Shown piece after piece: positions 7,128 to 15,597 of a stretch of 32,352 nucleotides of DNA. Each line of letters begins with the position of its first letter. Within the stretch, counting starts at the first letter, position 1. The translations under genes and the position numbers were made by a program. A model generated the notes under the pieces. That model saw only the letters and a program-made list of their open reading frames with translations. It had not been told where the DNA came from and did not search any database. The stretch comes from a virus (taxonomy: Duplodnaviria; Caudoviricetes): IMG/VR virus record IMGVR_UViG_3300025103_000091, positions 1 through 32,352 of that record; one strand, written 5' to 3'.

Positions 7128-8087
7128 TTAAGAAATTATTGTTGCAACGCGATCAGCTTCGACCATGCCGTTTGATTCAAAATCGTCTTGTGGTAAGCCT
7201 CCTGTCGCAGTGTTAGGCATGTCCCACTTTGCGCCGTCCCAAGTTGCATTTTCTCCCATTCTATACCAACCCGTTAAGTCAGCAGCAGAGCTTGAATTGT
7301 TTAAGTTTAAGTGAATTCTGTGCGTTGGATAGCTCCATAATGTCTCCACTTGAGTGTTTGAAATAGGAGCTGACCAAAGAGACATTTCATCAAGATTGCC
7401 AACAAACTCTGACGCAGAGGTTGGAGCTCCGTCGTCTGTATTGCCAAAACATAATCCTTGACTTGCAGGGTATGACATACCTGAAGAAACAGGCGTTTGC
7501 GTGTTTGTTGCTTCAACATAACCCTGCGCAGTGTTTTCTTCAAACCAATCAGAATAAACTCTTAAATTTTGCGTCCATGTTCCGTCTAAATTGTTAGTCA
7601 ATCGAGCGACAACAAACATTGTATTTTCGTAAACGTCAGCAACTTCGCTTGACAAATTAATTTCAACCCGTCTGTTTGACTCAGTTAAGCCGTCAAAAGC
7701 TGTCCAAAAACAGATTCGCGTTCCTGTTGCAAGCTTTCTAAAATATAGAGAATAGCCCTTTCCTGAAGGCGTTGAACTAATGCTTGACGAAAAATCAGTA
7801 ACGCATCGCTGCGAATAATTTGCAATCGGCGAAGCTCCTGTTGAAAACATATTTTCGTTAGCTTTGACCCAACCTGCAAGAGTATAACCTGAAGTTAGAC
7901 CATATTTAAAAGTTGATGAAGTATTGTCAGCTCCTACTACTTGAGCAGGTGCGCCTTCTTCGTAGAGAAAGGAGTAATTATTGCCACTTGGCAAACAATC
8001 AGCGTCATCATAATAAACTTTACCCCACGGATAAAACTGACAGACTTCTCCCCACCATGTTGATTTGTATATTTCTCCGAATCCCAT
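7128..8087 (-). CDS. Virion protein with LamG/concanavalin A-like domain
   Basis: YTLAGWVK, F.GNLDEMSLW...IS..QV..LW and L.GWYRMGE motifs. Confidence 0.75.
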   Translation of the reverse strand: MGFGEIYKSTWWGEVCQFYPWGKVYYDDADCLPSGNNYSFLYEEGAPAQVVGADNTSSTFKYGLTSGYTLAGWVKANENMFSTGASPIANYSQRCVTDFSSSISSTPSGKGYSLYFRKLATGTRICFWTAFDGLTESNRRVEINLSSEVADVYENTMFVVARLTNNLDGTWTQNLRVYSDWFEENTAQGYVEATNTQTPVSSGMSYPASQGLCFGNTDDGAPTSASEFVGNLDEMSLWSAPISNTQVETLWSYPTHRIHLNLNNSSSAADLTGWYRMGENATWDGAKWDMPNTATGGLPQDDFESNGMVEADRVATIIS

Positions 8088-8090
8088 TAT

Positions 8091-8210
8091 TTATTTTTTA
8101 TATATTCGACTTTTGTCTTTGTTGTTGTTGTTTGATACCACATTTTGACCTTTTTTTGTTAAATATTGAACTAGTTTTAATATGTTTAATTCTTTGACTT
8201 TATATCTCAT
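8091..8210 (-). CDS. Small basic protein, 39 aa (not in supplied track)
   Basis: MRYKVKELNILKLVQYLTKKGQNVVSNNNNKDKSRIYKK; ATGA coupling to the adaptor gene; fills the gap exactly. Confidence 0.6.
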   Translation of the reverse strand: MRYKVKELNILKLVQYLTKKGQNVVSNNNNKDKSRIYKK

Positions 8211-8719
8211 AAATACCACCCTCCAAAAGACGTTTCTCCCTCAGGGAAGAAGTCGTCGTTGCTATTTGCATTATATTCAGGGAATGTTGATTGATTATAA
8301 ACCATATAATCAACAAAATTGTTGGTGTAAAATTGCGCTAAGTCGCGATATTTATTCGCTAAATAGTCAACTTCGTCTTTGTCTACGCTTATAGCATTCT
8401 CCGTCTGTCCTTTGAAGACGCCACCATTCGCAATTGTATAAGTTGCAAAAGGAACGTAAAGCGTAGCAGCCCAAAAAATCGTCATTGGTTTGACATATTT
8501 TTCAAGTAAATCTAAATAATCAGAGTTAGCAGGAAGACTAATGTCCCCCGAAGTGATTAAATCGCTTAGTTTGTCGTAAAGTTTAGTCCCTAAATAAAGT
8601 TGAACTTCAGTATCCATTGCGATTGAAATCATATATATTAATTTATCAGGGTCAACATTGCCTGAAAGAACTGAATATCTTTTTATGTCTTGCGTTGTTA
8701 CAAATAAAGCTTTAGCCAT
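8207..8719 (-). CDS. Putative head-tail adaptor/connector protein
   Basis: Helical 170-aa protein immediately after the portal; the call rests on size and synteny. Confidence 0.6.
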   Translation of the reverse strand: MAKALFVTTQDIKRYSVLSGNVDPDKLIYMISIAMDTEVQLYLGTKLYDKLSDLITSGDISLPANSDYLDLLEKYVKPMTIFWAATLYVPFATYTIANGGVFKGQTENAISVDKDEVDYLANKYRDLAQFYTNNFVDYMVYNQSTFPEYNANSNDDFFPEGETSFGGWYL

Positions 8720-10625
8720 TGTCTCGTGGGTATTTATATTTTAAACTTCCGTGATTTCCGTCAGGCGCATTGAAAGGCGCAATTTTAGATTCAGCACTGC
8801 CCCAAGGATTTTTTCTATAAGACGGGGGAATGAAGCCTGTTCGTTTGTAATTAAGCAGATTTTCAGAAGGTTCAGCATATTTTTTGCGCCTGTAGAGGAC
8901 TTCTTTCCATGCGTGACGACAATAACAGCCACCTGCCCATTTAAAAAGGTCGTATCCGTCTTCTGTGTGTCCGAATTGTCCGTTTACTCCTTCAGCAGAA
9001 GCTCTGTCAATGTCTTCAATCCTGTAAACAACTTGATTCTGTGAGAGCTGCATCATGTTTTTACAAAAATTTCTGCTTTCATAATCTTTTGAGCCTTTAA
9101 TATCAGGCTGAATTGAGCCTGCGTGCGATTGTTGAAAATATCTGTAACGAATTTTATAATTTTTACTATCTAAATACGAAAATCCGTTTGGATTAGCTGC
9201 AATTTCTTCAGCTCCTTCTGTGTTAGCTCTTTTTGATTTCCACGGACTTAAAAGCGTCTTAATTTTGCTTAAAGTCGTCTCGTCTTCTTTTTTTTCTGTT
9301 AAAGAAGCCTCAGCCCATTCTTTGATCGAAACATTGTCTTCGGAACAATCGCGAGAGTGAACTTCTTCATATTCGTCAGTCATGACTTCGCCTGTTAAGT
9401 GTTTAAGCATTGCTTCGCCAAGCTCTGTCGATAATTTCCCCTTTTTTTGTGTTAATTCAACGCCTGTTTCTTCTTCAGCAACCTCGTCGTCAACACCCTC
9501 AAGCTGATCAATGTCATTAAAAGCTAAAGGTTTAAGCGTTTTAAAATATAAATCGAGACTAATGTCATTAATTGAAAGAATTGTATCAATGCAGTCAATT
9601 ATTTCGTCTTGATAGCATTTTATAACAATATTGTCTAGCAATAAAGTCGCTGTTTCGATTTCTTCAGCATTATTGCCCATTGAATTATTTCCGTCACGAA
9701 TTCCAACTAACATCGGGGAGGTTAGCCTGTGTCCAACGATTAATTTTCGAAAACATTCGTTTGACAAATATTCATAATGTTGAGGCGCATCATTTAACGG
9801 AATATCGTCAACCGTTGTTTTACTTTCTTGATTTGAATTAAAAGCAACGATCACCTTTTCGCCTCTTGCAGAAGTCAGCTTGTTCATGACGTCTGTTTTA
9901 ATCATTTGCATTTTTTCTTGATCTGGAACGCCGTTATTGAAATTAACCACTTTCGTGCCTGAAAAACCATTCAAAGTATCGTTAATTAAATAGTCGCCAA
10001 TTTCATTTTCCAACATTGCATAAGGAAGCGCGCCGACGTAATCAGGAGGACTGAAATAATATTGTCCTGTAGTGTAAGGCTTTAAAACAAAGATTTCGTT
10101 TCCTTTTCGATTACCAAAGCCAAAAGCAGTGATTTCTTCAGGTAAATCGTTTGGTTTAAGGTTTTTCCAATCAGAAGAATAAAACCACGATTCAACTTCG
10201 CCTTTTTCGTTTGCTTTGTGAGGTCTGAGCGTTTCCATTGGGAAGTGAGATACTTTGACAACGCGTCCTTTTGAATAACTGATCTGCCAAGCAGCCATTC
10301 CTAAGATTTTAAAGTCTTTTATAAACTTTCTCAGGTCTGTCTTTCGAAACAAAGTCATCATTTGCGCATATTGTTCAGGTCTTCTGTCAGCGTTTAATGC
10401 CGACAAGCCTCTGCCGTAGATAAAATTGGTAATTCCGTTTATGATAGCATTATTGCTTGTTGAGTTTAAATAAAGTTGGATTAAATAATTAAAATAGTCA
10501 TTATCCTCGCCGTAAGCGATCCATTCTTTGTTTTTATACTCCAACACCTGTGGCGAAGTATATGCGCTTAAATGCTCTAAAAATACGTTTGGAGAGGTGT
10601 TTGCTTTAGTTTTGCTCTTGCTCAT
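8712..10625 (-). CDS. Portal protein with C-terminal extension
   Basis: N-terminal ~370 aa has WI.YGEDNDYF.YL, S..N.AII, YY...P.Y and NGFS motifs as in Bacteroidota phage portals. An acidic linker and a domain ending GG.YCRH.W follow. Confidence 0.75.
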   Translation of the reverse strand: MSKSKTKANTSPNVFLEHLSAYTSPQVLEYKNKEWIAYGEDNDYFNYLIQLYLNSTSNNAIINGITNFIYGRGLSALNADRRPEQYAQMMTLFRKTDLRKFIKDFKILGMAAWQISYSKGRVVKVSHFPMETLRPHKANEKGEVESWFYSSDWKNLKPNDLPEEITAFGFGNRKGNEIFVLKPYTTGQYYFSPPDYVGALPYAMLENEIGDYLINDTLNGFSGTKVVNFNNGVPDQEKMQMIKTDVMNKLTSARGEKVIVAFNSNQESKTTVDDIPLNDAPQHYEYLSNECFRKLIVGHRLTSPMLVGIRDGNNSMGNNAEEIETATLLLDNIVIKCYQDEIIDCIDTILSINDISLDLYFKTLKPLAFNDIDQLEGVDDEVAEEETGVELTQKKGKLSTELGEAMLKHLTGEVMTDEYEEVHSRDCSEDNVSIKEWAEASLTEKKEDETTLSKIKTLLSPWKSKRANTEGAEEIAANPNGFSYLDSKNYKIRYRYFQQSHAGSIQPDIKGSKDYESRNFCKNMMQLSQNQVVYRIEDIDRASAEGVNGQFGHTEDGYDLFKWAGGCYCRHAWKEVLYRRKKYAEPSENLLNYKRTGFIPPSYRKNPWGSAESKIAPFNAPDGNHGSLKYKYPRDNG

Positions 10626-10957
10626 AATACAATATATTGGTTTGTTGATTCATATTCGTCAAAAACGCCGTCGTTGATTGTGTACTCGCTCGGCACTTGA
10701 TCAGTGCAAAAGATCATATCACGATAGACGTTTTCGCCTGCGTTGTTTACTTCAATAGAGTAAAAATGTCCCTCTTGTAATACAGGGCTGAAAGTTAAAC
10801 CTATAGTTAAATAATACTCGTTAATCGTTTGAGTAAAAACAGCGTATGTTGTCGAGGTGTTTGTTTCTTGATCAGTTACAATGATTTCGTCTCCTGAATA
10901 TTGTCTCGGTATTATATAAAAGTCTTGCGACGCTGCGCTTGTTGTTAGAATTAACAT
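10622..10957 (-). CDS. Small beta-rich virion protein (possible head closure/stopper)
   Basis: 111 aa, coupled to the portal gene; function inferred from size and position. Confidence 0.55.
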   Translation of the reverse strand: MLILTTSAASQDFYIIPRQYSGDEIIVTDQETNTSTTYAVFTQTINEYYLTIGLTFSPVLQEGHFYSIEVNNAGENVYRDMIFCTDQVPSEYTINDGVFDEYESTNQYIVL

Positions 10958-10963
10958 TTACTT

Positions 10964-11000
10964 CTTTATATAGAAACCGAAATTTGTTGTTTTTGTTATA
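10964..11000 (-). promoter_or_regulatory. Putative late promoter, class A, upstream of the portal operon
   Basis: TATAACAA-N14-GGTTTCTATATAAAG, directly downstream of a terminator. Confidence 0.7.
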
Positions 11001-11025
11001 AAAAAAAAGACAGCGTTTGCTGTCT
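11000..11025 (-). terminator. Intrinsic terminator after the tail tube gene
   Basis: Stem AGACAGC/GCTGTCT with a 4-nt loop, followed by a long U-tract on the minus strand. Confidence 0.85.
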
Positions 11026-11050
11026 CTCTTTTAAAATTATAATATAAATA

Positions 11051-11581
11051 TTAAATGCAGCTTACTACAACCGTATTTGTGGTGTCGTTGATTATTGCTG
11101 TATCCATAAAATTAGCAGGGCTCTTTTCAGTTCCTGTTAAAGTTAGATTATATCCGTTAAGGTCTCCCATTGCTGCTCCTGTTGCCGTATTAACAGCGAC
11201 TTCAACACCATTTTCAATTCCTGCTAGAAAGTAATTCCCGTTATAATCTTGAACGATTACTTGAGGTCTGCCATAAGATAGCAGCTTCATTTGTGCTGTA
11301 GTAGCCAAATCTTGCTTCTTTAAGACAACCGTCCCACTTTGAGTCCAAAAAGAAGTACCATTCTCCCTAGAATTTTCGTTTGTTTGCTCGAAAGAGTTCG
11401 CACCTTTAAGATCGTATTTATAAAATGTTAATGGAGAAGCGAAAGCTGTGACTTCGCCTTCTGCTGAAATTGTCGCTGATTCAAGTAATCCTTCTGTATA
11501 ATTAGAAAAATAAACAGCTATAATTCCACCGACCGAGTCCTTACATGGTTCGCAACGTCCTAAGTTAATATCGCATGACAT
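11051..11581 (-). CDS. Major tail (tube) protein
   Basis: 176 aa, beta-rich; C...vGGI, SRENGT.F..Q and G.A.GDLNGY.LT..G.E..PA.F motifs; flanked by terminators next to the capsid gene. Confidence 0.7.
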   Translation of the reverse strand: MSCDINLGRCEPCKDSVGGIIAVYFSNYTEGLLESATISAEGEVTAFASPLTFYKYDLKGANSFEQTNENSRENGTSFWTQSGTVVLKKQDLATTAQMKLLSYGRPQVIVQDYNGNYFLAGIENGVEVAVNTATGAAMGDLNGYNLTLTGTEKSPANFMDTAIINDTTNTVVVSCI

Positions 11582-11604
11582 AAGTTTTATTTTTTAAAGT
11601 TTAT

Positions 11605-11630
11605 AAAAAGGGGTAAAATTAATTACCCCC
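11605..11630 (-). terminator. Intrinsic terminator (probably leaky) after the major capsid gene
   Basis: Stem GGGGTAA/TTACCCC with a short U-tract on the minus strand. Confidence 0.7.
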
Positions 11631-11648
11631 ATTAATTTAGTTGTTTAA

Positions 11649-12608
11649 TTATGAGCCTGTATACGTCACAACGTCGTCACAGCAACCAATAGCCATTCCT
11701 GCCGTGAACCTCATCACTATACGAACATTTTGACTTCCGTCCGTTTCCGACATGTCGATCGTGCGCACTTCATTATAATCGGACATCAATCCAGTCCCGA
11801 AAAACAAGTTGCTAGATTCTGCTGCCATCATAAAATCGTCAGACATTCCTCGCCCTACAAAGACAGGAATACCACCGAAAGAAAGACTTCCATTGTTAAA
11901 CCATTGCGTTCCTCTGTTGTCTGTACCTGCTGCGCCAATTGTCGCTGTAAATCCACCCAAAGCTCTTACATAAAGTTTGGCTGCTGACGCTGAAATATAA
12001 AGTTTCAGGTCTTCAGAACCATAAAGAGAATTTGGAATTGCGTCAACTACTAGCTGCATTTGTGTTATGATGTTAGAAATATCAAGAACAGCCCCTGTCA
12101 GCTTTTGTGGTGCAGGTGCGCAAGTTGCCAATGTTTCAAGTCCGTCATATTCTCCAGCGTTTCCTGTTTCGCCTTGCCAAACATTTACTTCGTTTTGTGA
12201 AGCTACTTTTGAAGCAACGTACGCCACTAAATAATCAGCAAATGAAGTTGGTAAGCCGTTTGGATTCCAAGCTGAGTAGCCCATTTGAATCCCTTGCCAC
12301 GTATCAATAAAGTCTTTTTTGCAAAGTTGCAGGTTAACTTGAAATTCTTCGGGAGCCAATACCACTTCGTCCAAGTCTACACTTGAAGAAGCGTCAAAAT
12401 CGCAAGTTCCGTCTGCAATTAAGTCTCCTGTTGATACCTTTGAAATTACACTTTTATACTTTACGTTAGGCATAACCGTAACTCCCCCGTCGTCAATTGT
12501 TGAGGATTTCAAAAGTGCGCAACTTACGTATTTTGCAGCCCATTCGCCTGCATACGTGGTAGTTATATTTACCGTAGTTGCTAAATCTGTTTTTTTAAGA
12601 TTTCCCAT
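11649..12608 (-). CDS. Major capsid protein (319 aa from the ATG at 12608)
   Basis: Follows the protease and scaffold genes and is followed by a terminator. ITTTYAGE, PNVKYK and DGSQNVR.VMRFTAG motifs are typical of Flavobacteriia-phage capsids. The start at 12608 has an A-rich leader and avoids overlap with the scaffold. Confidence 0.8.
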   Translation of the reverse strand: MGNLKKTDLATTVNITTTYAGEWAAKYVSCALLKSSTIDDGGVTVMPNVKYKSVISKVSTGDLIADGTCDFDASSSVDLDEVVLAPEEFQVNLQLCKKDFIDTWQGIQMGYSAWNPNGLPTSFADYLVAYVASKVASQNEVNVWQGETGNAGEYDGLETLATCAPAPQKLTGAVLDISNIITQMQLVVDAIPNSLYGSEDLKLYISASAAKLYVRALGGFTATIGAAGTDNRGTQWFNNGSLSFGGIPVFVGRGMSDDFMMAAESSNLFFGTGLMSDYNEVRTIDMSETDGSQNVRIVMRFTAGMAIGCCDDVVTYTGS

Positions 12609-12633
12609 TTTTAAAAATTTTTGTTTGTTATTA

Positions 12634-13215
12634 TTAATTGTTATCCCCAAAAAGTGCTTCAAAGACTCTCGCTTGAGTATTGTTTGCATATCTTTTGGTT
12701 TGACCAAAAGTCACTCTTTTGGCGTTTGCCTTTTCAGGACTATGAGCAACTTGCTCAATTTCATTTAATTCGATTTCTTTTTTTGCTGAGACAAATTCTT
12801 CTTTTTCTTCTTCTTCAGCTTCTGCGTCTTCTTCTTCCTTTTCGTCGTCGATTTTTTCGTCTTCATCGCTTAACCTTTCTTTAAGATCAGCAACAGCGTC
12901 TTCAAGGTTTTTAATTCTTTTTTCCATTCCTGCCCAGTCATCAACAGCAGCTTCGTCATCGTCTTCGCCTCTGTCTTCTCCAAGCGAAGCAATAATTCCT
13001 TCTTCTTGTACGTAAAGAGTAACTCCGTCTTCAAGCTCATAATTGCCTTTTGGTAATGCAATTTTTTCTGAGTCTTCGGCTAGAATAAATACTTCATTCC
13101 CTTTGCTGAATTCTTCAGCTTCTAAGGTTGTGCCGTTTGTAAGCTTTCTTGTTTCTAGTGAAATATCCATTCCCAATAGTGCGCGTACTTTGTTTAATTT
13201 TGTTTTTGCTTCCAT
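12634..13215 (-). CDS. Putative scaffolding protein
   Basis: Very acidic, coiled coil (MEKRIKNLEDAVADLK) and basic/helical C-terminus; directly upstream of the capsid gene. Confidence 0.7.
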   Translation of the reverse strand: MEAKTKLNKVRALLGMDISLETRKLTNGTTLEAEEFSKGNEVFILAEDSEKIALPKGNYELEDGVTLYVQEEGIIASLGEDRGEDDDEAAVDDWAGMEKRIKNLEDAVADLKERLSDEDEKIDDEKEEEDAEAEEEEKEEFVSAKKEIELNEIEQVAHSPEKANAKRVTFGQTKRYANNTQARVFEALFGDNN

Positions 13216-13241
13216 AATGAAATTTTAATTTTTTAGCAGTT

Positions 13242-13279
13242 CTTTAATATAAAAACCACTGATTATTATTATTGTTGTA
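13242..13279 (-). promoter_or_regulatory. Putative late promoter, class A, upstream of scaffold/capsid
   Basis: TACAACAA-N14-GGTTTTTATATTAAAG. Confidence 0.75.
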
Positions 13280-13291
13280 AATTCGTTTTTT

Positions 13292-13798
13292 TTAATCAAC
13301 TACAGGCGATAAATTGTTCGGCATTAAAAACGTAAATTTTACCCAGTCCTTGCCTTTTGAAGCGTAAAAAGTTTCAAAGTCATTTGACTTTCGCCCATAT
13401 AAAACAAGTTCGGGATAGCCGCTGTCATCTACATAACACTGAGAAACAACTGAATAATCTTCGGCTGAATTGCAGATATATTCCACGCTTAGCATATTAA
13501 GAGACTGCTCAGGCAAATAAGCAGGTGGAGGGTCGCTATTATATAAAATCCCTAATTGATCATTCCAAAGGTTTCGGGTGTTTTCAACTGCCTCGCGAAC
13601 AAAAGAGCCACTCTCCCAAATAAAAGTCCATTCTTCAACGTCCTGCTGAATGCTTGACGTCATGCCTTCTAAAATATTATTAGGGTCTGAAAGTGTGACA
13701 AGTCGAGGGTCTCCGTCTTCATTTTGAACGACCTGCATGTATGCAGTATAAATTCCTCCCGTGACATTGCCATTTGAAACTTTTATTCTTTGTCCCAT
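13292..13798 (-). CDS. Hypothetical beta-rich protein, paralogue 3 of 3
   Basis: Shares LSDPNN, EW.F.W and YVDD...PE motifs with the two upstream ORFs. Confidence 0.8.
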   Translation of the reverse strand: MGQRIKVSNGNVTGGIYTAYMQVVQNEDGDPRLVTLSDPNNILEGMTSSIQQDVEEWTFIWESGSFVREAVENTRNLWNDQLGILYNSDPPPAYLPEQSLNMLSVEYICNSAEDYSVVSQCYVDDSGYPELVLYGRKSNDFETFYASKGKDWVKFTFLMPNNLSPVVD

Positions 13799-13801
13799 AA
13801 T

Positions 13802-14290
13802 TTAAACGTTTATAGGAATTAATGCAGAAGGAACGATTAACGTAATTTCAATCCAATCAAACTCGTTTGGCGTGTGATACGTTCCTCCGTCAAAGTCAGT
13901 GACTGCTGCCCAAATCATTGCATCGGGAGTATATGAGTCGTCTATATAACAAACAGATGCAACAGGAACTTCTTCGAGTCTATTTGAAATATACTTCACC
14001 GATAATAATGAAGTTGACGAGCCTGCTTTGACTCCTCCGTTATTATTAACCCAAACCGTGCCTTCCTCCATGACTGCTGCAACAACTGAAGTATCGTCCC
14101 AAGTGAAATTCCACTCCATAACCTCGTTATGATTCCCGTTCGGGTCAAAGGTTATGCCTTTAAACAAATTATTCGGGTCTGAAAGTGCAAAAACATGAAC
14201 TTCAGCAGCGTCGTCATAACGAAGCCCGCAGATACATTTAAAAACGCCTCCTTGTGTGTTTCCTGTGTTTATTTTAGTTCTTTGTGCCAT
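13802..14290 (-). CDS. Hypothetical beta-rich protein, paralogue 2 of 3
   Basis: LSDPNN, EWNFTWDD and YIDDSYTPD motifs. Confidence 0.8.
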   Translation of the reverse strand: MAQRTKINTGNTQGGVFKCICGLRYDDAAEVHVFALSDPNNLFKGITFDPNGNHNEVMEWNFTWDDTSVVAAVMEEGTVWVNNNGGVKAGSSTSLLSVKYISNRLEEVPVASVCYIDDSYTPDAMIWAAVTDFDGGTYHTPNEFDWIEITLIVPSALIPINV

Positions 14291-14302
14291 TATTTTTGTT
14301 TT

Positions 14303-14776
14303 TTATAGAGAATAAACCCCTGTTAAGTTATGGTATAAAGTGATTGTGATAATGTCTCCGACGCTCGGAGTTACAACCACCTGTTCAGCGTCACTTAGAG
14401 CGTAAGCATAAAGATAAACTTCAGGAGTCGAAGCGTCATCAATGTAATTGCCTGAACTGATTCCGTGTTCTTCTCCGTCTCCACTCAAGCATTTATAGTC
14501 AATTACGACTTTTCTAACATAGTCAGAATCGCCTTCTGTGTATACCTGCTCATTTAAAAAGGCTTGTCCGACAACTCCTGAGTCGTCCCAACCGAACTCC
14601 CATTCAAAAACCTGAGGGTTTGACGGATTAAATGTTAACCCTTGAGCTATTCCAAAAGGGTCGTGAAGTGTTTTTAATTCAAAACTTCCTGACGCATCAG
14701 TTAGTCCAAATGAAGCTTTGCATTCCTGTGGCAGAGCTGTTGAATAATGATAATATTTATTAGTTCTAGTTGGCAT
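14303..14776 (-). CDS. Hypothetical beta-rich protein, paralogue 1 of 3
   Basis: LHDPFG, EWEFGWDD and YIDDASTPE motifs. Confidence 0.8.
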   Translation of the reverse strand: MPTRTNKYYHYSTALPQECKASFGLTDASGSFELKTLHDPFGIAQGLTFNPSNPQVFEWEFGWDDSGVVGQAFLNEQVYTEGDSDYVRKVVIDYKCLSGDGEEHGISSGNYIDDASTPEVYLYAYALSDAEQVVVTPSVGDIITITLYHNLTGVYSL

Positions 14777-14803
14777 TTTATTTTATTTTTTAAATGTTAG
14801 TTT

Positions 14804-14968
14804 TTAAGTGTTTGTGTTTCCTATTCCTTGAGCTTGCAAGTCTCCATTGCAGCATTTGGAACTATAAGTGTTATCAGGACAAAGACAGCCTCGACTCCCA
14901 CCGACAGGGGAAGTTCTGCTCTTTGTTTTCATTGATTGGTTATAAGGGTGTCCCGTTCTAAATGACAT
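14804..14968 (-). CDS. Small Cys-rich protein, 54 aa (not in supplied track)
   Basis: MSFRTGHPYNQSMKTKSRTSPVGGSRGCLCPDNTYSSKCCNGDLQAQGIGNTNT; CxC...CC pattern; overlaps the end of the protease gene. Confidence 0.75.
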   Translation of the reverse strand: MSFRTGHPYNQSMKTKSRTSPVGGSRGCLCPDNTYSSKCCNGDLQAQGIGNTNT

Positions 14969-15551
14969 TTTTAATCTGATTTATAAGTTGTTGTTCTTCA
15001 GTGAGCTGATCTTTTTGTTTGTCTTGAGGTCTTTGTAATTTATCAGCAAAATATCCCTCAATACTGAAGCCACGAACTAGATTTTTTCTCACTTTTTCCC
15101 AAATTTTATCATTCTGAACGCTCATTGTAATAATCCAAGTTCCAACAGGCATGTTTAAGCCATAAAGTTTAGATTTGTCAACTTCAGGGTCTTCAACAAT
15201 CCACGATTCAACAACAGACATGTCTTTTAAAAAGTCTTTTTGATGTTCAAGCGTTGAGTTGTTTTGATTGCCTTTTCTCAAAAACATTTGCGAAGCTTTG
15301 ACGACCGTTTCTTTTGAAAAATAAATATAAAACTCGCCGTTTGCATTCGCTCGATAAATTGGTTTATTCGGAATTAAAGCTGCTCCCATAAGCAGTCGTT
15401 TTTCCTCATCAACTTCAGCAAGTCGAATCAGTTCGTCTTCTTTTTTAAGCGCAACAAAAAATTCTTCAATTGCTGGATTTTCGACCACGCTAACGGCTTC
15501 GATTCCTGACAATTCTTCATTTTCGTCAATAATTAATTCTATAATGTCCAT
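14958..15551 (-). CDS. XkdF-like prohead serine protease
   Basis: AVSVVENPAIE, KRLLMGAALIP, LEH, VESWIV, P.GTW and VRGFSIEG motifs. Confidence 0.85.
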   Translation of the reverse strand: MDIIELIIDENEELSGIEAVSVVENPAIEEFFVALKKEDELIRLAEVDEEKRLLMGAALIPNKPIYRANANGEFYIYFSKETVVKASQMFLRKGNQNNSTLEHQKDFLKDMSVVESWIVEDPEVDKSKLYGLNMPVGTWIITMSVQNDKIWEKVRKNLVRGFSIEGYFADKLQRPQDKQKDQLTEEQQLINQIKNVI

Positions 15552-15557
15552 AATAAG

Positions 15558-15595
15558 CTTTAATTTAAAAACCCGTTTTCATCAATGTTGTTATA
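15558..15595 (-). promoter_or_regulatory. Putative late promoter, class A, upstream of the protease
   Basis: TATAACAA-N14-GGTTTTTAAATTAAAG. Confidence 0.75.
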
Positions 15596-15597
15596 AA

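Noticed and set aside
5814-8087. Diversity-generating retroelement or invertible cassette acting on the fibre genes
   Set aside because: No reverse transcriptase, recombinase, template/variable repeat pair or flanking inverted repeats seen.
12609-12707. 33-aa N-terminal extension of the capsid ORF
   Set aside because: It overlaps the scaffold gene; the ATG at 12608 has the typical A-rich context.
12795-12870. (TTC)n/(GTC)n low-complexity runs in the scaffold gene
   Set aside because: Explained by the Glu/Asp-rich protein sequence.
1321-13061. Nested out-of-frame minus-strand ORFs (1321-1584, 5864-6103, 6188-6412, 7307-7543, 7685-7879, 8741-8932, 12870-13061)
   Set aside because: Fully inside longer genes, with no lipobox or other motif. 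None looks like an embedded o-spanin.
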